NCBI GenBank assembly: GCA_963729605.1
Contig: CAVSNY010000006.1
Span: forward strand, 224,001 to 288,000
Direction of reading: 5' to 3'
Length of the DNA: 64,000 nucleotides
Origin: an uncultured Gammaproteobacteria bacterium
GTDB lineage: Bacteria > Pseudomonadota > Gammaproteobacteria > DRLM01
This document shows positions 32,864 through 41,774 of this stretch, piece after piece; position 1 is the first letter of the stretch; the number at the start of each line of letters is the position of its first letter. The translations under genes were made by a program, and so were the position numbers. The notes under the pieces are model-generated. The model made no database searches. It saw only the letters and a program-made list of their open reading frames with translations, and was not told the DNA's origin.

Positions 32864-34092
32864 ATGAAAAAGTCGAACAAGTTTTCACCTGAAGTCCGTG
32901 AACGTGCGGTTCGAATGGTGCAGGAGCATCGCGGGGAATACCCGTCGTTGTGGATGGCCGTGGAGTCGATCGCCCCGAAGATTGGCTGTGTACCCGGGAC
33001 GCTGCTGGAGTGGGTTAAGCGTACGGAGGCCGATGCCGGAGCGCGTCCTGGCACGACCACGTCCGAGACACAGCGCATCAAGGAGCTGGAGCGCGAGAAC
33101 AAGGAGTTGCGGCGCGCCAATGAGATACTGCGTACCGCCAGCGCTTTTTTCGCACAGGCGGAGCTCGACCGCAAACTGAAGTCGTAAATACCTACATCGA
33201 CCAGCACCGGGATGCTTATGGGGTCGAGCCGATCTGCAAGGTGTTGCAGGTTGCCCCATCGGCCTACCGGCGCCATGCGGCCCGGCGGCGCGATCCGGAT
33301 CTGCGCAGCGCCCGGGCCAAGCGCGATGAGGTATTGATGTCGCATATTCAGCGTGTCTGGCACACCCACCTGCAGGTGTACGGCGCCGACAAAGTCTGGC
33401 GGCAGCTGAACCGCGAGGGCATCGAGGTGGCCCGTTGTACGGTCGAGCGTCTGATGAAGCGCCTGGGCCTGCAGGGTGTGCGCCGTGGCAAGGCGGTTCG
33501 CACCACCGTGCCTGACCACTCGGCGCCACGCCCGCTGGACCGGGTCAATCGACAGTTCAAGGCGGACAGGCCCAACCAGCTCTGGGTGTCGGATTTCACG
33601 TATGTGTCGACCTGGCAGGGCTGGCTGTATGTGGCCTTCGTCATTGATGTCTTCGCCCGGCGCATCGTCGGTTGGCGGGTCAGCCGCACCATGGCCACGG
33701 ACTTCGTGCTCGACGCACTGGAGCAAGCTCTGTACGCCCGGCAGCCCGAACCAGAGGATGCCCTGATCCATCACAGCGACAGGGGCTCGCAATACGTCTC
33801 GATCCGCTACACCGAGCGACTGGCCGAGGCCGGCATCGAGCCTTCGGTCGGCAGCAAGGGCGACAGCTACGATAACGCATTGGCCGAGACGATCAACGGG
33901 CTGTACAAGGCCGAGCTGATCCATCGTCGGGGACCCTGGAAAACCCGGGAATCCGTGGAGCTGGCGACCCTGGAATGGGTCTCGTGGTTTAACCACCACC
34001 GGCTATTAGAGCCTCTGGGGTATATCCCTCCAGCAGAAGCTGAGGCAAACTACTACAGGCAATACCGCCGTCATGCTGCGATTGCAGCATGA
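32864..34092 (+). CDS. IS3 transposase OrfAB (OrfA 32864-33187; OrfB in the -1 frame)
   Basis: HTH OrfA ([13 protein letters not shown]); [27 protein letters not shown]. Confidence 0.93.
33145..33187 (+). other. -1 frameshift signal with ALIL-pseudoknot-type stimulator
   Basis: T-TTT-TTC heptamer in OrfA phase followed by GCGGAGCTCGACCGC. Confidence 0.75.
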
Positions 34093-34134
34093 CTTAAACC
34101 AAACAGCCTCCGCAAAACACGGGGCGGTTCAGAC

Positions 34135-34245
34135 CCCTCAGCCGGGATGCATCGGCGCCTGCGCTACGGTCACTGCATTTGGCATGTGTTCGTGATGGCG
34201 GGCACCGCCTGCCATTTCTTCGCGGTGCTCAGGTATGCGGCTTAA
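34135..34245 (+). pseudogene. 3' remnant of a hemolysin-III/PAQR family gene
   Basis: Encodes RLRYGHCIWHVFVMAGTACHFFAVLRYAA*, the HxxWHxFV...H last-helix motif. Confidence 0.8.
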
Positions 34246-34455
34246 GTCGCACGAGCCACCCGCCACCAGTCGGCTCCCGCCCATGCTCCCCGAGTTTTTG
34301 AACTACAATGCAGAAAATAAATACATCATGCCCCGCATTGAACGGCCTGCATGGTCCCGCTGATACGGGGGGTTGTTTGCATCGTCCATCGAACAACAGG
34401 TGAGAGCCGCTTTGAAAGTGATTGACGTAGCCCCCCGTGAAAGGAAACCCGCCGA

Positions 34456-34760
34456 TGAGTGAACATCTGGGCCGCGACAGCCGCGATCCGACCACGCTTT
34501 CCAGCGACGAATTACCCGCCGCGGTGATTTCCGCCTTGCGACAGGGCAACAAGATCGAGGCCATCAAGCTGCTGCGGCAAGAGCGCGGCGGCGATCTCAA
34601 AACCAGTAAAGATACCGTGGACGCCTACCTGCGCGCGCAACCGGCACTGCAAGAACGATTGACCACGGCGCAGGCGGAAAAGGGCCGGGGTCGCCTGGCT
34701 TGGGTCATTCTATTGATCACCTTGTCCGTCGCCGGCTATCTTTTCCTGAAAGGGGAATAA
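34456..34760 (+). CDS. Small membrane-anchored protein with a ribosomal L7/L12-CTD-like helix motif
   Basis: GNKIEAIKLLR...DLKTSKDTVD; C-terminal TM; AAGGA RBS. Confidence 0.75.
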
Positions 34761-35017
34761 CCGCCGCGCGTTTGATCGCGCGGCGCTGGAGTAAACGGCA
34801 TTTCATCATCGAGTCTCCGCCCCCGAGCGGCACGATGAAAAAGCAAGCGACGAGGAGATCATGCGCAACACACACTTTACCCGCGCCTGCCGTTCTTCCG
34901 CGCCGGGTTTCGGTCAATATCTCGATCGCGCCAAGACCTCACGCCGCGCAACGAGATTGCAACCTTATGCGGAGGCAATTTTTTGAACCCCTTTAGCAAC
35001 AGAAAGGAAACAAGATC

Positions 35018-35417
35018 ATGAGCATAATAAAAGAATTCAAGGAATTTGCGGTTAAAGGCAATGTGATCGACATGGCCGTCGGCGTTATTATCGGTGTGGC
35101 GTTTGGAAAAATTGTTTCATCCTTTGTTGCCGACGTAATCATGCCGCCGATTGGCGTCCTCTTGGGAGGCGTAGATTTTTCCGATCTTGCGATCACCGTG
35201 AAAGAGGCGGTGGGCAGCTCGCCCGCCGTGGTAATCGCTTACGGAAAATTCATCCAGACCGTCGTCGATTTTACAATCATCGCATTTGTCATTTTTATGG
35301 TGGTGCGGCTTATCAATTCGCTCAAGAAAAAGGAAGAAGCGGCTCCCGCGGGCACCCGCCGCCCCCTCGGCGGAACAAGTTCTTCTTGCGGAAATTCGCG
35401 ATTTACTCAAGAAATAA
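35018..35417 (+). CDS. mscL: Large-conductance mechanosensitive channel (extra G near 35351; corrected end 35417)
   Basis: [21 protein letters not shown]; the conserved [11 protein letters not shown] tail lies in another frame. Confidence 0.93.
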
Positions 35418-35461
35418 CCCGCCAGCACTTCATTAAAACGGCGACGATTGCAGTCTCGCCC

Positions 35462-35830
35462 TCAACTCAACTTCGCGCCATTGGGATCTATCCCCAAGGT
35501 GATTTGTTTTAAAACATAGTCCGCTTCGAAAAAAATCTTGCCGAATGGGGTGGCCTGGGGGGCACCGAAGTAGCTTACGTCCCAGCGCACGGTCTGATAG
35601 GCCTTGGCGATGTCGGGGGTGTGAAAAATGGCGCCGGGATTGCCCTGGATGATGGAGACCGACTTGATCGCCGTCACCAGGTCGTCCATGTCGATGCGCT
35701 CGTCTAGCGGAATCACGCCGCCGCCGATAAAGACGACCTCACTTTTTCCGGATCGAAGGCCGCGCCTTATATCTCATCGGCGTCGTTGAGCAGGCTCAAG
35801 GCTTGTTGAGGGTGCCGGATGCTATCTCGA
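35462..35830 (-). pseudogene. Decayed internal fragment of a larger gene (FEADYVLK motif; DUF1598-like by recollection)
   Basis: Protein-like reading DEI*GAAFDPEK/EVVFIG...MDDLVTAIKSV...[18 protein letters not shown], with an in-frame stop and a frameshift. Confidence 0.45.
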
Positions 35831-35900
35831 TGTTCATGGACATCCGTCCGCGCTTGGCAATACCCATTCCGACCCGGCTCGGCTTACCGTTCACCCAGGC

Positions 35901-35933
35901 TTGACTTTGCTAATGAGAATTATTACTATTTGC
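35901..35933 (+). promoter_or_regulatory. Sigma70 promoter overlapped by a Fur box
   Basis: TTGACT-N17-TACTAT; GCTAATGAGAATTATTACT (35909-35927) matches 14/19 of GATAATGATAATCATTATC. Confidence 0.8.
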
Positions 35934-36007
35934 ATCAACGGGCGGGGTGTCGGGTGAAAGCATCCCGGCCACCCGATAAACAACGGTTAAATTAACAAGG
36001 ACATCTC

Positions 36008-36403
36008 ATGTACTCCACCAAACTCGCCGCCTGTCTGTTGGCTTTGGGTCTCGCGATCGCCACCGCGGCGAGCCAAGCCGACGATCAAGGCCCCGAACTG
36101 GGTTACGGCAAACACACTTCTTCCCAGCAACTGGCGCAGACGGTGGAAGGGCTCAACACCTGGGCGGAAGCCGAGCTGGCCGAACACGAAGAGGAAGGCT
36201 TGTTTAAAAATCGCGCCGATGAACTGGCGATCATCCGCCAGTCCATCGCGCTGGCCAAACAAATGCTGGTCCAGGCCCGCGATGCCGAAAAAAAGGGCGA
36301 CACCGTGACCGCGCGCGTCAATTACTACGCCGCCGAGGCCATCGCCGGTTACGCCGCCCGCATGCCTCATCTGCTTGAAAAACGTTTAGCGACCAACAAC
36401 TGA
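36008..36403 (+). CDS. Small secreted helical protein of unknown function, probably Fur-regulated
   Basis: Signal peptide ...TAASQA; AAGGA RBS; own promoter and terminator. Confidence 0.85.
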   Translation: MYSTKLAACLLALGLAIATAASQADDQGPELGYGKHTSSQQLAQTVEGLNTWAEAELAEHEEEGLFKNRADELAIIRQSIALAKQMLVQARDAEKKGDTVTARVNYYAAEAIAGYAARMPHLLEKRLATNN

Positions 36404-36442
36404 GATCCCCCTTCCCCTCTCCTTCACTCGGTTGTATTTAGC

Positions 36443-36471
36443 ACTGCCCCCTCCCCGGGGCAGTTTTTTTT
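36443..36471 (+). terminator. Intrinsic terminator
   Basis: ACTGCCCC-CTCCCC-GGGGCAGT followed by a T run. Confidence 0.9.
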
Positions 36472-36565
36472 GCGTTATCGCACACACGCCATCACGACCC
36501 CGACCGCCAACGCCGGCCGGCGGCTTCCGTTATAATCACCGCCTCGATACCCGCGGCGCCCCGTC

Positions 36566-38080
36566 ATGACCGACATCATCATTACCACCCTCAATGCCCG
36601 TTATTTCCATGCCTCGCTCGGCCTGCGTTATCTGCTCGCCAATATGGGCGAACTGGAGGCGCGTACCCGTTTGGTGGAATACATCATCGACGCGCGGCCG
36701 GCGGACGTCGTGGAAAACCTGCTGCAGGGCGACACCCGCATCATCGGTCTGGGCGTTTACATCTGGAACGTGGAGGTGAGCACCCAGATCGTCGCGCTCA
36801 TCAAACAGGTGCGCCCCGATATCGTGGTGGTGGTGGGCGGGCCGGAGGTGAGTTACGAACAGGAGGCGCAGGAGATCTGCCGCCTCGCGGATTATGTGAT
36901 CGCCGGGCCCGGCGACCTCGCCTTCGCCGCCTTGTGCCGGCAGGTGCTGGCCGGTGAGCGGCCGCCGCAAAAGATCATCGCTGCGGCGCAGTCGCGTTTG
37001 TCCGAGCTGAAATTGCCCTACGGCTATTACAACGACGAAGACGTCGCCCACCGCTTCATTTATGTCGAGGCCTCGCGCGGCTGTCCCTACAAATGTGAAT
37101 TCTGTCTGTCGGCGCTGGACAAGACCGCGCGGCCCTTCGAACTCGCGCGGTTTCTCGAAGAGATGGATCAACTGCATCGACGCGGCGTGCGGCATTTCAA
37201 ATTCGTCGATCGCACCTTCAATCTCAAGATCGACACCAGCGTGCGCATCCTGGAATTTTTCCTGGAACGGCTCGACGAAAAATTATTTCTGCACTTCGAA
37301 CTGATTCCCGATCACCTGCCCGAACGTCTGCAGGAAATCATTCTGCGCTTTCCGCCCGGCAGCTTGCAGTTCGAAATCGGCTTGCAGAGCTTCAATCCCG
37401 AGGTGCAGGCCCGCATCAGCCGCCGCCAGGACAATGACAAAGCGGAACACAACATCCGTTGGCTGCGGCGGGAAACCCAGGCCCATTTGCACACCGATCT
37501 CATCGCCGGCCTGCCCGGCGAAGACCTCGCCAGTTTCGGCGCCGGCTTCGACCGACTGGTGGCGCTCGAACCGCATGAAATCCAGGTGGGCATACTCAAG
37601 CGTCTGCGCGGCGCGCCCATCGACCGCCACACCGCCGGTCACGCCATGCGTTACAACCCTTATCCGCCTTACAGCATATTGGCCACCGACCGCCTCGACT
37701 TCGCGACCGTGCAACGCCTCAATCGCTTCGCGCGTTACTGGGATCTGATCGGCAACTCCGGCCGTTTCCGCTTGAGCCGCCCCGCGCTGCTGGGGGATGC
37801 GCCCTTCGCACGCTTCATGGCCCTCAGCGACTGGTTATACAGCGAGACCGGCAAGACTCATCAAATCGCCCTGGATAAATTATTCGAGCTGGTCTATCGC
37901 GGCATGGTAAACCGCCTGGGTATCGCCCCCGCCGCCGCGGCGGCGACCCTCGGCGCGGACTACGCCAACAGCGGCGGCCGCGCCGAACTGAGCTTCATCA
38001 TCCCCGCCGTGCGCGACCGCTCCGCCGTCGGCGCGCGGACGGGCGGGCCGCAACGCCAGCGCCGCCACCTCGGGGCCTGA
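36566..38080 (+). CDS. B12-binding-domain radical SAM protein
   Basis: GVYIWN, GGPEVSYE, EASRGCPYKCEFC, FVDRTFN. Confidence 0.9.
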   Translation: MTDIIITTLNARYFHASLGLRYLLANMGELEARTRLVEYIIDARPADVVENLLQGDTRIIGLGVYIWNVEVSTQIVALIKQVRPDIVVVVGGPEVSYEQEAQEICRLADYVIAGPGDLAFAALCRQVLAGERPPQKIIAAAQSRLSELKLPYGYYNDEDVAHRFIYVEASRGCPYKCEFCLSALDKTARPFELARFLEEMDQLHRRGVRHFKFVDRTFNLKIDTSVRILEFFLERLDEKLFLHFELIPDHLPERLQEIILRFPPGSLQFEIGLQSFNPEVQARISRRQDNDKAEHNIRWLRRETQAHLHTDLIAGLPGEDLASFGAGFDRLVALEPHEIQVGILKRLRGAPIDRHTAGHAMRYNPYPPYSILATDRLDFATVQRLNRFARYWDLIGNSGRFRLSRPALLGDAPFARFMALSDWLYSETGKTHQIALDKLFELVYRGMVNRLGIAPAAAAATLGADYANSGGRAELSFIIPAVRDRSAVGARTGGPQRQRRHLGA

Positions 38081-38265
38081 ACGATTAATTCGCGACTTAA
38101 GAGCGTACCGGCACGGTTTCTCTTTCCGAGCGGAGAGATGAAACGCGGCCGCTCCGACAAGACACCGGATTTCTTCGCGCGCCGCGCCGCTGTATAGACA
38201 ACGCGCCGGTTTGACGGAACCGCCCCACCCGCCTCGGGGCGGGGCGGCCCTTACGGCAAGGACGC

Positions 38266-39033
38266 TCAGTCCTCTGCGGACTCTTTATCTTCCTTCAGCG
38301 CCTTGTGCAACTTCACCGGCACGGCGCGTTTGGCGCGCAGGCGGATGTTGAGCATTTCCACCGCCACCGAAAAGGCCATGGCGAAGTAAATATAAGCCTT
38401 GGGAATGTGGAACTCGAAACCTTCGGCGATCAAGGCCATACCCACCAGAATCAGAAAACTCAGTGCCAGCATTTTGATGGTGGGATGCTTGTCGACGAAA
38501 TCACCGATGGATTTGGCGGACACCATCATGATGCCGACCGCGATGACGATGGCGATCACCATGATGGACAAATGATCGACCATGCCCACCGCCGTGATCA
38601 CCGAATCCAGCGAGAACACGATGTCGATGATGGCGATTTGTATCAGCACTCCGCCAAAACTCACCGCCGCCGTGGTTTTAACATCAGGGGTATGTTCGAC
38701 ACCTTCCAGGCTGTTGTGAATTTCATGTACGCTCTTCCACAACAGGAACAAACCGCCGCCGACCAGGATTATATCCCGCCCGGAAATGGCGTGGCCGGCG
38801 ACGCTGAACAGCGGCTCCACCAGTCCCATCATCCACACCAACGAGAACAACAGCAGGATACGCGTCCCCATCGCCAGGCCCAAACCCAGGCGGCGCGCCA
38901 GCTCGCGTTTTTCGGGCGGCAAACGGCCGACCAAAATGGAAATGAAAATAATATTGTCAATACCCAGCACGATTTCCAGGGCCGTCAAGGTGGCCAAGGC
39001 GATCCAGGCTTGGGGATCATTGATCCATTCCAT
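38266..39033 (-). CDS. TerC family membrane protein (YgdQ-like)
   Basis: LEIVLGIDNI, DIVFSLDSVITAVG, PKAYIYFAMAFS. Confidence 0.92.
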   Translation of the reverse strand: MEWINDPQAWIALATLTALEIVLGIDNIIFISILVGRLPPEKRELARRLGLGLAMGTRILLLFSLVWMMGLVEPLFSVAGHAISGRDIILVGGGLFLLWKSVHEIHNSLEGVEHTPDVKTTAAVSFGGVLIQIAIIDIVFSLDSVITAVGMVDHLSIMVIAIVIAVGIMMVSAKSIGDFVDKHPTIKMLALSFLILVGMALIAEGFEFHIPKAYIYFAMAFSVAVEMLNIRLRAKRAVPVKLHKALKEDKESAED

Positions 39034-39393
39034 CGAACAAATTACCTCTTAAAAATATACCGCGCGGATGGTAGCCCGGAACGGCCGACGAGGGAAGCGT
39101 GAAACCGGCCCGCGCCCCTGGGTTGGGATTACATCGGCGGGCGGGCTGCGCACGGGGGATGAATCCCCTCGCTTTCTCAAGGGGAAGAATCGCGCCTCGC
39201 CATGCTCCCCCTCCTTGAAAATCCCCATCGCCCGGTCCCGGCGACAAACCGCGGGGAATTTCGCGATTAAATCCGCTATTAAACGGCGTGCCCGCGCCTC
39301 GTGCCCCCATCCGCGTCCAGCGGGAAAATAAACACCGCCGGCGGACACCGAGCCTACCGCCGGCGCTCTATCCGCGCCGTGCATCGCGGCGGC

Positions 39394-39870
39394 TCAACAC
39401 CAACGCCGCACCGCGCGCCGGTAAGCCCGATATTCTTCGCCGAATTTTTTTTCCAGATAGCGTTCCTCCGGGATCACCAGCCACCATTGAACCACCAACA
39501 GCGCGGGGATCGCGAGAAACAACCACCACGGCATGTCAGTCGCGATCGCCAAGCCCGCGAAGGCGAGTGAAATACCGGCGTATAACGGATTGCGCGAATG
39601 ACCGAACACCCCGCTTTTCACCAATCGGGTGGTGGACTGGCCGGGCTCCGACGGCTGTTCGCGACGCGCCAGTTCCCTTTTGCCGAGAAACACGAGGGCC
39701 GTGCCGGCTATCAGCAAGGGCGCACCGAGCAGATGCAACAGGAGACGGGGTATCACTTCTTGAAAAGTCAGCGGAAAAAAATGGTCCAATACCAGCCCCA
39801 ATAACAAACTCGCGGCGAAGATCAAATCCGCCGACCGCCAGCGACCGCGATGCGCCGCATCAATACTCAT
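39394..39870 (-). CDS. Isoprenylcysteine/phospholipid methyltransferase family membrane protein
   Basis: GVFGHSRNPLY, EERYLEKKFGEEYRAY...VRRW. Confidence 0.87.
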   Translation of the reverse strand: MSIDAAHRGRWRSADLIFAASLLLGLVLDHFFPLTFQEVIPRLLLHLLGAPLLIAGTALVFLGKRELARREQPSEPGQSTTRLVKSGVFGHSRNPLYAGISLAFAGLAIATDMPWWLFLAIPALLVVQWWLVIPEERYLEKKFGEEYRAYRRAVRRWC

Positions 39871-40167
39871 GACAATTCCTCGACACTCGATCTATCATTT
39901 CCCATTCTATCAACCGCAACGCACGGTGGTCGCCCATGAAATTCATCGCGCACCCCGTCTCAGCCGCCGTGAATCGGCCGCACTTTACAACAGCGCAACG
40001 CATGTTGAAACCGTTTCATTCCCTTGCGCGGCAGCCGCCGACCGCGCGGACGGCGAACAGAGACCTCAAGGTGTCTTACGCCTGCCGGCACCTGCACCCT
40101 CGATCGCCGAGATTTCCCTTTATTAGCCATCCCCCACTCGATACTATAGCCGGAGATGAGGAGGCCT

Positions 40168-41280
40168 ATGGATAAGCCGCTACGCTTACTGCTTTTTACC
40201 GCCGCTGCGATCTTCGCCGCCGAGACCGCGGTAATTCTGCTCCTGAATTATCTGCCGCCGAAATCGACCCCCGTCGAGGCCTTGATCGACGCGCTGGTGC
40301 TCGGCGCCTTTCTGCTCCCGGTGATTTATCTCTATTATTTGCGGCCCCTGCAGCGGTCGCGCGACCAGTTCGCCCGGACCGCGAGCCGACTGGAACTCGC
40401 CGAAATCGCCTTCCGCGAAAGCAACGAAGGCATCCTCGTCACCGACCACGCCAACCGCATCATGCGAGTCAATCCGGCCTTCACCCGCATCACCGGTTAT
40501 ACGCCGGAAGACGTCGCCGGGAAAAACCCCAATATTCTCAGTTCAGGCCGGCACGGACCCGATTTCTACAAAACCCTGTGGGGAGATATCGCCCGCAGCG
40601 GTTCCTGGAGCGGCGAAATATGGAATCGGCGCAAGAACGGCGAGATATATCCCGAATGGCTGTCGATACGCGCCATTAAAAATGAGGCGGGCAAAAATCA
40701 GTATCACATGGCCATCTTCAGCGACATCACCCAGCGCAAAAACGCCGAAGAACAGATCCGCTATCTGGCCAACTACGATCCGCTGACCCAATTGCCCAAC
40801 CGCGTCTTATTCTACGACCGCCTGCGTCAGGCGCGCGAACTGGCCTTGCGCGACAAAAACGGTTTCGCCTTGATCTTTCTCGACCTCGATGAATTCAAAC
40901 CGGTCAACGACACCTACGGTCACTCCTGCGGTGACCAGTTGTTGCAGGAAACCGCCCGCCGGCTACTCGCCTGCGTGCGCAACATCGACACCGTCGCCCG
41001 CTTCGGCGGCGATGAATTTCTGGTGATCCTGCAAGACGTGCCGCGCCTGGAGAACGCCGTCCCCGTCGCGCAGAAAATCCTCGACGCGCTGTCGCAACCC
41101 TTCCACATCGAACAGCATGAAATCAAGATCGCCGCCAGCGCCGGCATCACCCATTGGGATGCCACACAGGACCCCGCGCCCGGCAAGGAGGAGCTGGAGA
41201 CCGTCGTCCAGCAAGCCGACCAGGCCATGTATCAGGCCAAACAGTCCGGGCGCGGCACCTATCGTTTATGGCGAGGGTGA
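40168..41280 (+). CDS. Membrane PAS-GGDEF diguanylate cyclase
   Basis: 2 TM, PAS/PAC, DPLTQLPNR, RxxD I-site (RNID), intact GGDEF. Confidence 0.93.
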   Translation: MDKPLRLLLFTAAAIFAAETAVILLLNYLPPKSTPVEALIDALVLGAFLLPVIYLYYLRPLQRSRDQFARTASRLELAEIAFRESNEGILVTDHANRIMRVNPAFTRITGYTPEDVAGKNPNILSSGRHGPDFYKTLWGDIARSGSWSGEIWNRRKNGEIYPEWLSIRAIKNEAGKNQYHMAIFSDITQRKNAEEQIRYLANYDPLTQLPNRVLFYDRLRQARELALRDKNGFALIFLDLDEFKPVNDTYGHSCGDQLLQETARRLLACVRNIDTVARFGGDEFLVILQDVPRLENAVPVAQKILDALSQPFHIEQHEIKIAASAGITHWDATQDPAPGKEELETVVQQADQAMYQAKQSGRGTYRLWRG

Positions 41281-41365
41281 TACGCCGGCACGGGATGTCA
41301 GACGCGATTCATCCGGCGGCAAAACAGACCGGATCGGCCCCGGGCATGGGTCGCGCCGCACGCGT

Positions 41366-41774
41366 TTAGAACCTATTTCAAAATCGACTTTGAGAGTAGT
41401 GGGTGGCTGCGATCGCCCATGACGATGGTTTATTTACCGACGGACCGTTAATCGGCTTGAAAACCCCGTTGCGGTTTCGAGGGAGGTTGAATAATCGGCT
41501 ACGCCCGGCCTCGTCCGTTCGATACAAAAAATCCCGGAACATATCCCCTCTCCCGCGGGCGGGAGCGCGGAGTCGTAGCCAAGCGCCCGAATGACCGTCA
41601 TCACTCCGCAAGAGCGCCTTTCTCATCTTTCCATTCCCTCACCCCGACCCGCTCGCGGGAGAGGGGGGCAATACCTAAGCGAACAAAGGGGCCAACTATT
41701 CCTGCTCTTTCCCGCCCGCGGGAAGGGGTCAGTCCGGTTTGGTGTCCCTATTCCAATCTCGAGACAGGCTCTAA
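41366..41774. repeat. MITE-like mosaic element bounded by imperfect terminal inverted repeats, containing three REP-like copies
   Basis: TTAGAACCTATTTCAAAAT versus ATCTCGAGACAGGCTCTAA (14/19 as inverted repeat); degenerate CTCTCCCGC..GCGGGAG copies near 41545, 41636 and 41705. Confidence 0.6.

Larger units (their letters stand above)
32814..34131 (+). mobile_element. IS3-family (IS51 group) insertion sequence, 1318 bp
   Basis: Terminal IRs TGAACCGCCCC...GGGGCGGTTCA; 3-bp direct repeat GAC at 32811-13 and 34132-34; OrfA plus DDE OrfB. Confidence 0.96.

Noticed and set aside
32800-33999. 399-aa minus-strand ORF spanning the IS
   Set aside because: Antisense shadow of the IS3 transposase.
39034-39393. 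Possible yybP-ykoY (Mn) riboswitch upstream of the TerC gene
   Set aside because: No GGGGAGUAGC/GAGACC core on the minus strand; only a weak CCCCT..AGGGG hairpin remnant.
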